Assembly: GCA_023134715.1 (NCBI GenBank)
Contig: JAGLUP010000004.1
Coordinates: 1,301 to 65,300, forward strand
Direction of reading: 5' to 3'
Length of the DNA: 64,000 nucleotides
Source of the DNA: Candidatus Parcubacteria bacterium
GTDB lineage: Bacteria; Patescibacteriota; Minisyncoccia; Minisyncoccales; JAGLUP01
The notes beneath the pieces were generated by a model, which was not told the origin of the DNA, ran no database searches, and worked only from the letters and a program-made list of their open reading frames with translations. Made by a program: the position numbers and the translations under genes. The stretch's first letter is position 1; every line of letters starts with the position of its first letter. Shown piece after piece: positions 54,117-62,979 of this stretch.

Positions 54117-55388
54117 TTAGTTGTTGCTATAAGCCATATGTTTCTGCATTTTTTTAAGGAAAATCAAACTTGCCATTATTATAAATATCATAGAAATCAC
54201 AGCTACTTTATAACGCAAAGGTCCAAACTGCCTAAGGCCCACAACAAACAAACTCCATACAAGAGGTCCCAATATAGCGGCGAAACGTTCTGCGCATCCA
54301 TAAAAGCCAAAATATTCGCCTCTTTCTGTCACGGGAATAATAGCAGTGTATAAAGCTCTTGTAATTGTCCATGTCCCGCCGAAAAGAATACCCATAAGAG
54401 CGACTGCAATTATAAGACTCAACCCACCACTATTAATCTGTATAAAAAACATTAAAGCCATAACCCATCCTATAATTACAGCGTTTAATAGTTTTGCATA
54501 ACCAAATTTATCTCCAAGTTTCCCGATTACTATCGCACCAACAGCGCCCATTGTAAGAAGTAAAGCGCCAAGAAAAACTTTTTCCTGATCTGGAATTTTT
54601 AAAACTATTTCAAGGTATAAAGGAAAATTATCCTGGATTGTGAGAACTGCGTCAATAAAAAGCCAATAAGCGATTAAAAAGTAGAATATTTCCGGCCTAG
54701 TTCTTAATCCTTTAAAATCTTTCAGCACTTTACTGTATGCCTGTTTCATACTTATCTTTTTCGGCTTTGGTATAACGGTTTGCGGTTCTTTTAAAAATAT
54801 AAAAACTATACTTATGAGTACTGCGAAAATCAATGCGCTCGGTATAAATGCCTGCAATCTGCCTCCTGGCTGAAAAAATGGAATTTGTCCGCTAACAAAG
54901 GGTAGAATCAATAGTAGTCCGACAATAGCGCCAATCCATCCTGCAGCCAATCCTATTCCAGAAACTGTTCCATATTTTTCACGCTTCGCAAGATTTCCCA
55001 ACATGGAATGATAAAAAATCAAACTTAACTGGTAAAAATAAATTACAAAAATAAAAGAAAGAATGCCGATTATAATTGGAGAAATCCCTGTAAAAACCTG
55101 TCCAGAAAACCCAATCAAAAATGTAAAAAAGAATATTGGTATAGCTGTCAATTTCATAAACAACACTCTTTTATTGGTTATATCTGAAATCACACCCAAC
55201 GCCGGCAGGGTTAATAACAGGAGAACTGTAGCGGCTACATCTGTAAAATTAAACCAAAACTCACTAACTCCCTGCTCAATAACAAGCCATTGCGAAAAAT
55301 ATAATCCTAAATTAATGATTACTATTGAATTAGCAAAATCGAAAAGAGCCCACCAGAGTATTTGACGAGATTGTTTTGGGTTATCCAT
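54117..55388 (-). CDS. MFS transporter (UMF1/Atg22-like)
   Basis: About 12 TM helices over 423 aa. Confidence 0.7.
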   Translation of the reverse strand: MDNPKQSRQILWWALFDFANSIVIINLGLYFSQWLVIEQGVSEFWFNFTDVAATVLLLLTLPALGVISDITNKRVLFMKLTAIPIFFFTFLIGFSGQVFTGISPIIIGILSFIFVIYFYQLSLIFYHSMLGNLAKREKYGTVSGIGLAAGWIGAIVGLLLILPFVSGQIPFFQPGGRLQAFIPSALIFAVLISIVFIFLKEPQTVIPKPKKISMKQAYSKVLKDFKGLRTRPEIFYFLIAYWLFIDAVLTIQDNFPLYLEIVLKIPDQEKVFLGALLLTMGAVGAIVIGKLGDKFGYAKLLNAVIIGWVMALMFFIQINSGGLSLIIAVALMGILFGGTWTITRALYTAIIPVTERGEYFGFYGCAERFAAILGPLVWSLFVVGLRQFGPLRYKVAVISMIFIIMASLIFLKKMQKHMAYSNN

Positions 55389-55437
55389 ATATAATTATTA
55401 TAGCAAATCATAAATTTTTGTATAACTTTGCATAACA

Positions 55438-55481
55438 TTGTATAACACATATAGCACGATCGTTGTATATGTGTTATACAA
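55438..55481. repeat. 44-bp palindrome centred on CGATCG, copy 2
   Basis: TTGTATAACACATATAGCACGATCGTTGTATATGTGTTATACAA. Confidence 0.85.
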
Positions 55482-55549
55482 AAACAAACAAAAAATAAAT
55501 TGGTTGACGTTGGGATTGACTTATTTTTATTGTTTGTTATTATGGAATA

Positions 55550-55909
55550 ATGTTCAAAGGACTTGTTCTCCATATTGCCGCTGGAATTTTAGGCCTTTGG
55601 CTCGCAGTTAAATTTGTTGCCGAAGTAGAATTTATCGGCGAAATTCAAAGCTTACTTTTGGCCGGAATAATACTGGGTCTGGCTAACTTATTCCTAAAAC
55701 CGATTTTAAAACTTATTACTTGGCCTTTAAGAATAATAACCTTAGGACTTTTTACTATAATCATTAATTTGGCTCTGGTTTGGGGAGTAGATATTTTATT
55801 TCCAGAACTAATAATCAGAGGAATACTGCCATTATTTTATACAACTATTATTGTCTTGACGCTAAATTTTTTACTTCCAAAACTTTTCCCTGAAAAAACA
55901 ATCGCTTAA
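55550..55909 (+). CDS. DUF360 / phage-holin-family-IV-like membrane protein
   Basis: Four TM helices, with LKPILKLITWPLRIITLGLFTIIINLALVW. Confidence 0.65.
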   Translation: MFKGLVLHIAAGILGLWLAVKFVAEVEFIGEIQSLLLAGIILGLANLFLKPILKLITWPLRIITLGLFTIIINLALVWGVDILFPELIIRGILPLFYTTIIVLTLNFLLPKLFPEKTIA

Positions 55910-55913
55910 AACT

Positions 55914-56138
55914 ATGCAAGAATATTTACCTATCGCGCAAATCATTGTCTCAATCCTCTTAATTATCTCTATTCTGATTCAGCAGAGAGGGACAGCTATG
56001 GGAGGCGCTTTTGGCGGCGGCGGAGAAAGCAGCGGCTTTTATTCCACCCGTCGCGGCCTTCAACAAAAAATTCTCTGGGCAACAGTAATTTTAGGTATTC
56101 TTTTTATTTCTCTTGCCTTTATTGACCTTGTCTTATAA
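55914..56138 (+). CDS. secG: Preprotein translocase subunit SecG
   Basis: This 74-aa protein has two TM helices separated by a Gly-rich loop (QQRGTAMGGAFGGGG). Confidence 0.8.
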   Translation: MQEYLPIAQIIVSILLIISILIQQRGTAMGGAFGGGGESSGFYSTRRGLQQKILWATVILGILFISLAFIDLVL

Positions 56139-58128
56139 AAATATCAAAAAAAAATACAGAAAATTTCCTGCTTTTTCTCAATGGAAGCAAGTTTTTAAAG
56201 TTCTTAATAAAAATGAAAAAATAATTCTTTGCTCTTTTTTTATTTTAACTTTTACTTCTTCAATTTTTCTTATTTTCAATTTTTATATCCAAAACACTCA
56301 AACCCAGCCAGCTGACGGCGGAATCTACAGAGAAGGAGTAGTCGGCAGACCCAGATTTATCAACCCTGTTTACAGCGCGGCAAATGATGTTGATAGAGAC
56401 CTTACCGAACTAATTTTTTCAGGTTTAATGAAATATGACCGAGAAGGAAAAATAGTGCCCGACTTAGTTAGAGATTATAAAATTGACGAGCAAGGAACTA
56501 TTTACGAATTTTATTTAAAAGACAATATTCTTTGGCACGATGGAAAAAAGCTCACAGCTGAAGATGTAGTTTTTACTATAAAAACAATCCAAAATCCTGA
56601 TTACAAAAGTCCGCTTTGGATTAATTGGCTGGGAATAAAAGTGGAAAAAACCTCTGAATTAGTTGTCCGCTTTACACTCAAAAAGCCATATCCTGGTTTC
56701 TTAGAGACAGCTACGGTAAAAATTATGCCAAAACACATTTGGGAAAACATCTCTCCCCAAAATTTTCCGTTAACAGATTATAATTTTCAACCAATCGGAA
56801 CAGGCCCATATAAATTAAAAAACATAGAACGAGATAAATTGGGCGTTAGTTTTTTAATTTTAGAAAAAAACCCAGATTATTTTAATAAAAAACCATTTAT
56901 TTCAGAAATCTCTTTCCGCTTTTTTGAAGAAGAAAAGGACTTAACGCAAGCGGCAGCCAGAAAAGAAATTGACGGATTTTCAATTCTTAATTTTAAAAAT
57001 TATAATACAGCAACTAATCAAGATTTTGCTGACTATCATTTCTCTTTGCCAAGATATTTTGCCGTGTTCTTTAATCAATCTCAATGTAAAATCTTATCTG
57101 AAAAAGAAGTAAGAGAAGGGCTTGCTTACGGAACAAATAAGCAAGAAATCATAAACAAAGCTCTCTCTGACCATGGAAAAATTGTAAACTCCCCAATCCT
57201 ACCCAATATCTATGGCTTTTCTCCTCCCCAAGATTCTAAACAATTTAATATTGAAAAAGCTAAACAAATTTTAGAAGATGCAGGATTTAAAGAGAGAGAG
57301 GATGGTATAAGAGAAAAAACTACAGAGAAAAAGCCCTCTTTTGAATTTAAAAGCCGTCTCCAAACAGGATCTCGAGGAGATGAAGCAAGAGAACTTCAGA
57401 AATGTTTATCTCAAGACGCTGAGGTTTATCCCGAAGGAGAAATTTCCGGCTACTTTGGCAGTAAAACAAAACAAGCTGTAATTAAATTCCAGGAAAAATA
57501 TTCTGAAGAGATACTTGAGCCATTTGGCCTAAAAAATGGAACAGGAATAGTTGGTAAAAGCACCAGGGCAAAATTAAATGAACTCTGCGCGGCTCCAAAA
57601 GTTGAAATTCTACCTCTCCAATTTACTCTTACCACAGTCAACCAGCCCCAACTTTTAGAAGTAGCTGAAGTTCTAAAACAACAATGGAAAAAAATAGGCG
57701 TAGAAATTCAAATTGAATCATGGGAACCGTCCGAGCTAAGCCAAGATATTTTAAAACCGAGAAATTATCAGGCATTGCTGTTTGGAGAAGTTTTGGGAAG
57801 CATAATTGACCCTTTTCCTTTTTGGCACTCTTCTCAAAAACAAGCCCCTGGCCTTAATTTAACAATGTATGAAAATGAAAAAGTTGACAAACTTCTTGAA
57901 GAAGCGCGCCAATCCACAGATGAAAAAATAAGAAAAGAAAAATATGAAGAATTTCAAGCTCTAATAATTGAAGAAATTCCTGCTATATTTCTCTATACTC
58001 CTGATTTCCTTTATTTTGTTAATGAAAAAATAAAGGGCGTAGAACAAAGTATAATTGTTGACCCTTCAAAACGATTCTCGGGAATTGAAAATTGGTACAT
58101 TAAAACTCACAGAGTATGGAAAAAATAA
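56113..58128 (+). CDS. Family-5 (peptide/nickel type) ABC substrate-binding protein with inserted peptidoglycan-binding domain
   Basis: An N-terminal anchor and SBP_bac_5-like blocks (GIYREGVVG...INP; LLEKNPDYF). The insert at about 57367-57590 is GSRGDEARELQKCL...GYFGSKTKQAVIKFQEKY...GIVGKSTRAKL, which follows the PG_binding_1 pattern. Confidence 0.75.
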   Translation: MPLLTLSYKNIKKKYRKFPAFSQWKQVFKVLNKNEKIILCSFFILTFTSSIFLIFNFYIQNTQTQPADGGIYREGVVGRPRFINPVYSAANDVDRDLTELIFSGLMKYDREGKIVPDLVRDYKIDEQGTIYEFYLKDNILWHDGKKLTAEDVVFTIKTIQNPDYKSPLWINWLGIKVEKTSELVVRFTLKKPYPGFLETATVKIMPKHIWENISPQNFPLTDYNFQPIGTGPYKLKNIERDKLGVSFLILEKNPDYFNKKPFISEISFRFFEEEKDLTQAAARKEIDGFSILNFKNYNTATNQDFADYHFSLPRYFAVFFNQSQCKILSEKEVREGLAYGTNKQEIINKALSDHGKIVNSPILPNIYGFSPPQDSKQFNIEKAKQILEDAGFKEREDGIREKTTEKKPSFEFKSRLQTGSRGDEARELQKCLSQDAEVYPEGEISGYFGSKTKQAVIKFQEKYSEEILEPFGLKNGTGIVGKSTRAKLNELCAAPKVEILPLQFTLTTVNQPQLLEVAEVLKQQWKKIGVEIQIESWEPSELSQDILKPRNYQALLFGEVLGSIIDPFPFWHSSQKQAPGLNLTMYENEKVDKLLEEARQSTDEKIRKEKYEEFQALIIEEIPAIFLYTPDFLYFVNEKIKGVEQSIIVDPSKRFSGIENWYIKTHRVWKK

Positions 58129-58670
58129 GATATTTATATGATATGAAATTAGTTCTCTATGACCAAGATTGGGCAAAAACAGCTCCAAATCTTGAATTAT
58201 ATTATATGCATAGAGGAGTAAGAACCAAAGATAATTTAAGATATGATATTACAATTATTCCGGCAATGATGCTGGGAACAGAATTTATAAAAACAAAAGG
58301 TCATCGCCATCAAAAATATCAAGAACTTTACACTATTCTTGAGGGCAAGGCAATTTTCTTGCTTCAAAAAATAAATAATAATAAAATAGAAGATGTTTAT
58401 ATGGTAAAAGCAAGAAAAAATGAAATTGTAATTATCCCCTCTCTTTACGACCACATCACAATTAATCCTCTGAAAAAGGAATTAAAATTAGCAAACTGGA
58501 TTTCCTCAAAATGCAAAAGCGATTATAAATTTATTGAAAAGAAAAAAGGCGCCTGCTATTTCTATACTAAAAAGGGCTGGATAAAAAATAAAAACTATAA
58601 AAACATCCCCAAACTTCGTTCTGAAAAACCGCTAAAATCAATTCCTAAAAACTTAGATTTCTTAAACTAA
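58116..58670 (+). CDS. Cupin-type glucose-6-phosphate isomerase (archaeal type)
   Basis: TKGHRHQKYQELYTILEG and IIPSLYDHITINP match the cupin PGI metal-site pattern (T-x-GH-x-H...E-x-Y; PP..aHR..N). Confidence 0.55.
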   Translation: MEKIRYLYDMKLVLYDQDWAKTAPNLELYYMHRGVRTKDNLRYDITIIPAMMLGTEFIKTKGHRHQKYQELYTILEGKAIFLLQKINNNKIEDVYMVKARKNEIVIIPSLYDHITINPLKKELKLANWISSKCKSDYKFIEKKKGACYFYTKKGWIKNKNYKNIPKLRSEKPLKSIPKNLDFLN

Positions 58671-58681
58671 ATAAAACTTAG

Positions 58682-58768
58682 GCGGGTGTGGCGGAATTGG
58701 CAGACGCGTACGGTTCAGAGCCGTATAGCCGCAAGGCTGTGGAGGTTCAAGTCCTCCTACCCGCACCA
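58682..58768 (+). tRNA. tRNA-Leu (CAG), CCA encoded
   Basis: A type II tRNA: anticodon arm TACGG-TTCAGAG-CCGTA, a long variable arm, T arm GGAGG-TTCAAGT-CCTCC, 3' ACCA. Confidence 0.85.
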
Positions 58769-58777
58769 ACAAAAATT

Positions 58778-60478
58778 ATGTATAAATCAACAAAACACCA
58801 ACAATTTAAAAAACCAGATAACCTGCGAATTATTCCTCTCGGCGGGCTTGGCGAGGTTGGACGAAATATGACGCTTTTTGAATACAAAGGCAAGATTTTA
58901 ATTATTGACGTAGGCCTGCGAATGCCGGAAGAAGATATGCCGGGAATAGATTTTATTATTCCAGATATCAGCTATCTTAAGAAAAAACAAAAAAATATCC
59001 TAGGTATTGTCTTTACTCACGGCCATTATGACCACATCGGCGCTCTCCCCTATCTTGTTGAGAAATTAGGCAATCCCTTAATGTTTGCCTCCAAATTAAC
59101 TAAGGGAATTATCCTAAAAAGACAGGAAGAATTTCCTTTTAAGTCAAAGTTGGAAATTGTAGAAGTGGAAGATAAGTCCCGAATTAAATTAGGACCCTTT
59201 AAAATTGAATTCTTTCATCAAAACCACAACATTCCGGGCAATTTGGGTCTTTTTATTCAAACGCCAGCTGGAAATATTGTTCATACCTCTGATTTTAAAT
59301 TTGACAAAACTCCGATAAATGAAGCTCCTGTTGATTTTAATTATTTAGAACAAATAGGCAGGCAAAAAATTCTTCTCTTAATGTCTGATTCAACAGGGGC
59401 AGAAGAAAACGGGCGATCTCTTTCAGAAAGTGATATTTCTAAAAATTTAGAAGAAATTTTCAAAAACGCGCAAGGCAGAATTATTTCCGCCACTTTTTCT
59501 TCTTTAATTAATCGGATTCAGCAAATTATTTCTCTCTCGGAAAAATATAAAAGAAAAGTCGCAATAGAAGGATATTCAATGAAAAACAATATAGAACTCG
59601 CGAGGAATTTAGGATATCTTAAGATCAAAAAAGAAATTATTATTTCTACTAAAGAAATTAAAAATTATCCTGATTCCAAGGTAACTGTTCTCTGCACCGG
59701 CGCTCAAGGAGAAGGCCGCGCGGCTCTAATGAAAATCGCCAATAGAGAACACCGCATTCTGCGCCTGAAAAAAAATGACACAATTATTTTTTCATCCTCT
59801 GTTATCCCGGGAAATGAACGAACTGTCCAAATTTTAAAAGACGAACTCTACAGGCAAAAAGCAAAAGTTTTTCATTATAAAATGATGGATATTCACGCGG
59901 GCGGCCACGCCAAGCAAGAAGAACTGAAAAAAATGATACAGCTGATAAAGCCAAAATTCTTCCTCCCTATCCATGGCCAGTATTCTATGTTAGTAAGCCA
60001 TGCTGAACTTGCTCAAAGCGTTGGCATTCCTCAAAAAAACATAATAGTTATTGAAAACGGCCAAGCAATTGATTTGAATGTTCAAGGATTTTCTTTGGAT
60101 AAAAGAAAAATTCCTTCAAGCTATGTAATGGTTGATGGATTAGGAGTCGGAGACATAGGCGAAGTAGTATTGCGCGATCGCCAAGCGTTGGCTGAAGATG
60201 GAATGTTTGTTATAATTGTAGTTATTGACAGGCAAAAAGGCAAAGTCAAAGGAAGTCCTGATATAATCTCCAGAGGATTTGTTTATCTTAGAGAATCAAA
60301 AGGACTGCTTCAGGAAACCCGGAAAAAAGTAATTGAAATAGTTGACAAAGCAGCTGGAACAGGAGGCGCGGTAAACTGGGTTTATGTAAAAGATGAAATC
60401 AGAAACAAAATCGGCCAATTTTTCTTTTCTAAAACCAAACGCCGACCAATGATCTTGCCTGTAGTAATTGAGGTCTAA
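58778..60478 (+). CDS. rnj: Ribonuclease J (beta-CASP metallo-beta-lactamase)
   Basis: LRIIPLGGLGEVGRNM and HGHYDHIG. The start is set after the tRNA. Confidence 0.9.
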   Translation: MYKSTKHQQFKKPDNLRIIPLGGLGEVGRNMTLFEYKGKILIIDVGLRMPEEDMPGIDFIIPDISYLKKKQKNILGIVFTHGHYDHIGALPYLVEKLGNPLMFASKLTKGIILKRQEEFPFKSKLEIVEVEDKSRIKLGPFKIEFFHQNHNIPGNLGLFIQTPAGNIVHTSDFKFDKTPINEAPVDFNYLEQIGRQKILLLMSDSTGAEENGRSLSESDISKNLEEIFKNAQGRIISATFSSLINRIQQIISLSEKYKRKVAIEGYSMKNNIELARNLGYLKIKKEIIISTKEIKNYPDSKVTVLCTGAQGEGRAALMKIANREHRILRLKKNDTIIFSSSVIPGNERTVQILKDELYRQKAKVFHYKMMDIHAGGHAKQEELKKMIQLIKPKFFLPIHGQYSMLVSHAELAQSVGIPQKNIIVIENGQAIDLNVQGFSLDKRKIPSSYVMVDGLGVGDIGEVVLRDRQALAEDGMFVIIVVIDRQKGKVKGSPDIISRGFVYLRESKGLLQETRKKVIEIVDKAAGTGGAVNWVYVKDEIRNKIGQFFFSKTKRRPMILPVVIEV

Positions 60479-60489
60479 AATTTTTGAAT

Positions 60490-60578
60490 GCGAAAATTCT
60501 GGATTTTCTGAGACGCGTAGGGCTCCCTCCCGCCTTGGCGGGAAGGGATAAAGCGCGAAGAAAAGACAGAATTCGAGC
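60490..60578. repeat. Structured intergenic repeat, family B copy 2
   Basis: It has the same backbone as 46331-46428. The apical hairpin is replaced by CCCGCCTTGGCGGG. Confidence 0.85.
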
Positions 60579-60597
60579 AATGAAAAAAAAATAAACA

Positions 60598-61572
60598 ATG
60601 CGAGTTTTAAGCGGCATTCAGCCGACTGGACAATTACATATTGGAAACTATTTAGGAGCAATAAAACAATGGATTGAACTTCAACAAGAAAATGAATGTA
60701 TTTTTTTTATTACTGATTTGCACGCCATAACTCTTCCACGCGACCCTAAAACTTTTCAAAAAGAAATTTTAAATACAGCGGTAGAATATCTTGCCACAGG
60801 GCTTGATCCAGAAAAATCCATTATTTTTGTTCAATCTCAAGTTAAAGAGCACACTGAACTTTGCTGGCTTTTAAATACCATCACGCCTGCAGCGGAACTA
60901 TTTCGTATGACCCAATACAAAGATAAAAGCCAGCAATTTAAAAAAAATATTAATGCCGGACTATTAGATTATCCTGTCCTTCAGGCCGCTGATATTCTTC
61001 TTTATCAAACTGATATAGTGCCTGTTGGAAAAGATCAGCTCCAACATTTAGAATTAAGCAGAATTATTGCTCGAAAATTTAACAATCGCTTTGGTGAAAC
61101 CTTTAAAATTCCAAAAGCATATGTATCTAAAACAGGAGCCAAAATTATGTCTTTAGAAAATCCAAAAAAGAAAATGTCAAAATCAATCCCATCCTCCTGC
61201 CTTTTCCTATTTGACGAACCAAAAGAAATTAAGAAAAAAATTATGTCAGCCACCACTGACTCTCAAAAAATTATAAAATACGACCCAAAAAAAAAGCCGG
61301 GGATATCTAATCTCCTAACCATCTATTCGCTTTTCAGCAACAAATCAATAAAAGATTTAGAAAAAAAATTTAAAGGAAAAAATTACGCTGAATTTAAAAA
61401 ATCCTTAGCCCAGCTTCTAATTTTAAAATTAGAACCTTTCAGAAGAAAGAAAAAAGAACTTCTCTCAAGAGAAGTTTATGTCCAGGAAATCCTTAATAAG
61501 GGAGAAAAAAGAGCTCGCTCTATTGCCCAATCCACAATCACAGATGTCCGCCAAAAAATGGGCCTTGCTTAA
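60598..61572 (+). CDS. trpS: Tryptophan--tRNA ligase
   Basis: SGIQPTGQLHIGNYLGA and KMSKS. Confidence 0.95.
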   Translation: MRVLSGIQPTGQLHIGNYLGAIKQWIELQQENECIFFITDLHAITLPRDPKTFQKEILNTAVEYLATGLDPEKSIIFVQSQVKEHTELCWLLNTITPAAELFRMTQYKDKSQQFKKNINAGLLDYPVLQAADILLYQTDIVPVGKDQLQHLELSRIIARKFNNRFGETFKIPKAYVSKTGAKIMSLENPKKKMSKSIPSSCLFLFDEPKEIKKKIMSATTDSQKIIKYDPKKKPGISNLLTIYSLFSNKSIKDLEKKFKGKNYAEFKKSLAQLLILKLEPFRRKKKELLSREVYVQEILNKGEKRARSIAQSTITDVRQKMGLA

Positions 61573-61658
61573 AAATGGTTTGTCATATTTTATTGACTTT
61601 TGAAATTATTTTATTAGAATAAAATTAATAAATAATAAATAGTATCTTGAAAATAAAA

Positions 61659-61967
61659 ATGGCTGAATTGACATATGTTATTAAAGGACACGAGGGAAAG
61701 GAGGCAATAGATATTAACAAATTGCATGAATATCAAATTTTCGAAAAACAAAGCGGGAAGAAATTGAATGAAAAAGAAGTTACAGAGCTAATTGAGCGAC
61801 TAAGGAAACAGCTGAAAGAACCAGTGCCATGCTTAGTAAAGACAGATGGTTCATATCTTCCCTTAAATAAGATAAAAGTCGGAGATGAAGTGCTTGCTTG
61901 GGTATACCCGAAAAGTGGAGGAAGGCATACCGGAATACCGACAGATGCAATGATTATGGAAAAATAA
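61659..61967 (+). CDS. Hypothetical protein
   Basis: A 102-aa ORF followed by the terminator hairpin GCCGAAATCACTCGGCTCTTTTTT. Confidence 0.5.
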   Translation: MAELTYVIKGHEGKEAIDINKLHEYQIFEKQSGKKLNEKEVTELIERLRKQLKEPVPCLVKTDGSYLPLNKIKVGDEVLAWVYPKSGGRHTGIPTDAMIMEK

Positions 61968-62073
61968 ATAAGCCGAAATCACTCGGCTCTTTTTTATAAA
62001 AAAAGTATTTTTTATTCTTTATAGCCAATATTACAAAATCAACAACAAATCAAAACAAATCAACAACTTATAA

Positions 62074-62099
62074 CTCAAATACTTTACCTGCGGCCGCAG
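62074..62099. repeat. Half copy of the NotI-centred palindrome
   Basis: CTCAAATACTTTACCTGCGGCCGCAG. Confidence 0.85.
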
Positions 62100-62115
62100 A
62101 TCGTTTATAAAAAAT

Positions 62116-62865
62116 TTATTTGTAAAGATATTTTTTAAAAAATAAATAAGCCTCTTCTCCCTGCCAATCTTCTGGCAAAAGCTCTACGGGAAGCTGAGGG
62201 TCTCTGCTTAAAATAGACATATATTCAAAAATCATTTTCTCTGGTTTTTTCTTTTGAGCTTTTTTAATAAGCTCTTGATAATGATTGTTGATTTCTTTTA
62301 AATTCCAAATTTTATTAGCTAAAATCCTTGATTCTTCTCTGCCTACTTTATCGGAAACAGCTAAAATTACATAAATGGAAAGATTATATTCTTCAACAAT
62401 CTCTTCTGCTTCTTCTAAAAAATTAAAAGGGGATATCCACAAGCTGGCATGTAATTTGCCAAATCCTAATCGTTTCAAATTCTCTCTTAAAATCTCGCGA
62501 AACCTCTTCTTTTCTTCCGGAATGTCATAACTTACTAAATACCAATTTCCATCCCATTTTCTTTTTTCAAAATATTCTGGCAAAAAACCTTGTAATCTTT
62601 TCCTCCCCTCTTTCGTTAAAGTTAAATCATTTTTAATCCATCCCTTATGTTCAGCGTTATACATCGCGCGTTTTATAGTCAAATAATTAAACTTTTTTAA
62701 ATTTTTACTAGCTGAAAATGGCGCTCTTCCCAATCTTGCGGGAGAACCACTTGCGAAACCAACCTCGGACAGATAAAAAGCATTCCATAACACTAAATCC
62801 ACCAAAGAAGAAAAAACGCCCTCAGAAACCTTTAACACTATTTTAGAAATTTCTTTTCGTTTCAT
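62116..62865 (-). CDS. PaaX-like regulator (winged helix + Cas2/VapD-like C-terminal domain)
   Basis: WDGNWYLVSYDIPEEKKRFREILRENLKRLGFGKLHASLWISP is the PaaX C-domain signature as I recall it. Confidence 0.6.
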   Translation of the reverse strand: MKRKEISKIVLKVSEGVFSSLVDLVLWNAFYLSEVGFASGSPARLGRAPFSASKNLKKFNYLTIKRAMYNAEHKGWIKNDLTLTKEGRKRLQGFLPEYFEKRKWDGNWYLVSYDIPEEKKRFREILRENLKRLGFGKLHASLWISPFNFLEEAEEIVEEYNLSIYVILAVSDKVGREESRILANKIWNLKEINNHYQELIKKAQKKKPEKMIFEYMSILSRDPQLPVELLPEDWQGEEAYLFFKKYLYK

Positions 62866-62934
62866 CTTGTTTATCTTTATTTGCTCTATAGTCTATTACT
62901 TATTCTTTATTATTATAAACTATTACTCCTAAAC

Positions 62935-62974
62935 CTCAAATACTTTACCTGCGGCCGCAGGTAAAGTATTTGAG
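62935..62974. repeat. 40-bp perfect palindrome centred on GCGGCCGC
   Basis: CTCAAATACTTTACCTGCGG/CCGCAGGTAAAGTATTTGAG. Confidence 0.9.
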
Positions 62975-62979
62975 TATGT

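Noticed and set aside
58686-58871. ORFs starting inside tRNA-Leu, including the first 30 codons of the 596-aa ORF.
   Set aside because: These codons are the tRNA itself. The RNase J homology begins at MYKSTKH (58778).
60296-60661. Minus-strand ORFs of 121 and 62 aa spanning the rnj-trpS spacer.
   Set aside because: They are antisense to the RNase J 3' end and the trpS 5' end, and they are bridged only by the family B repeat.
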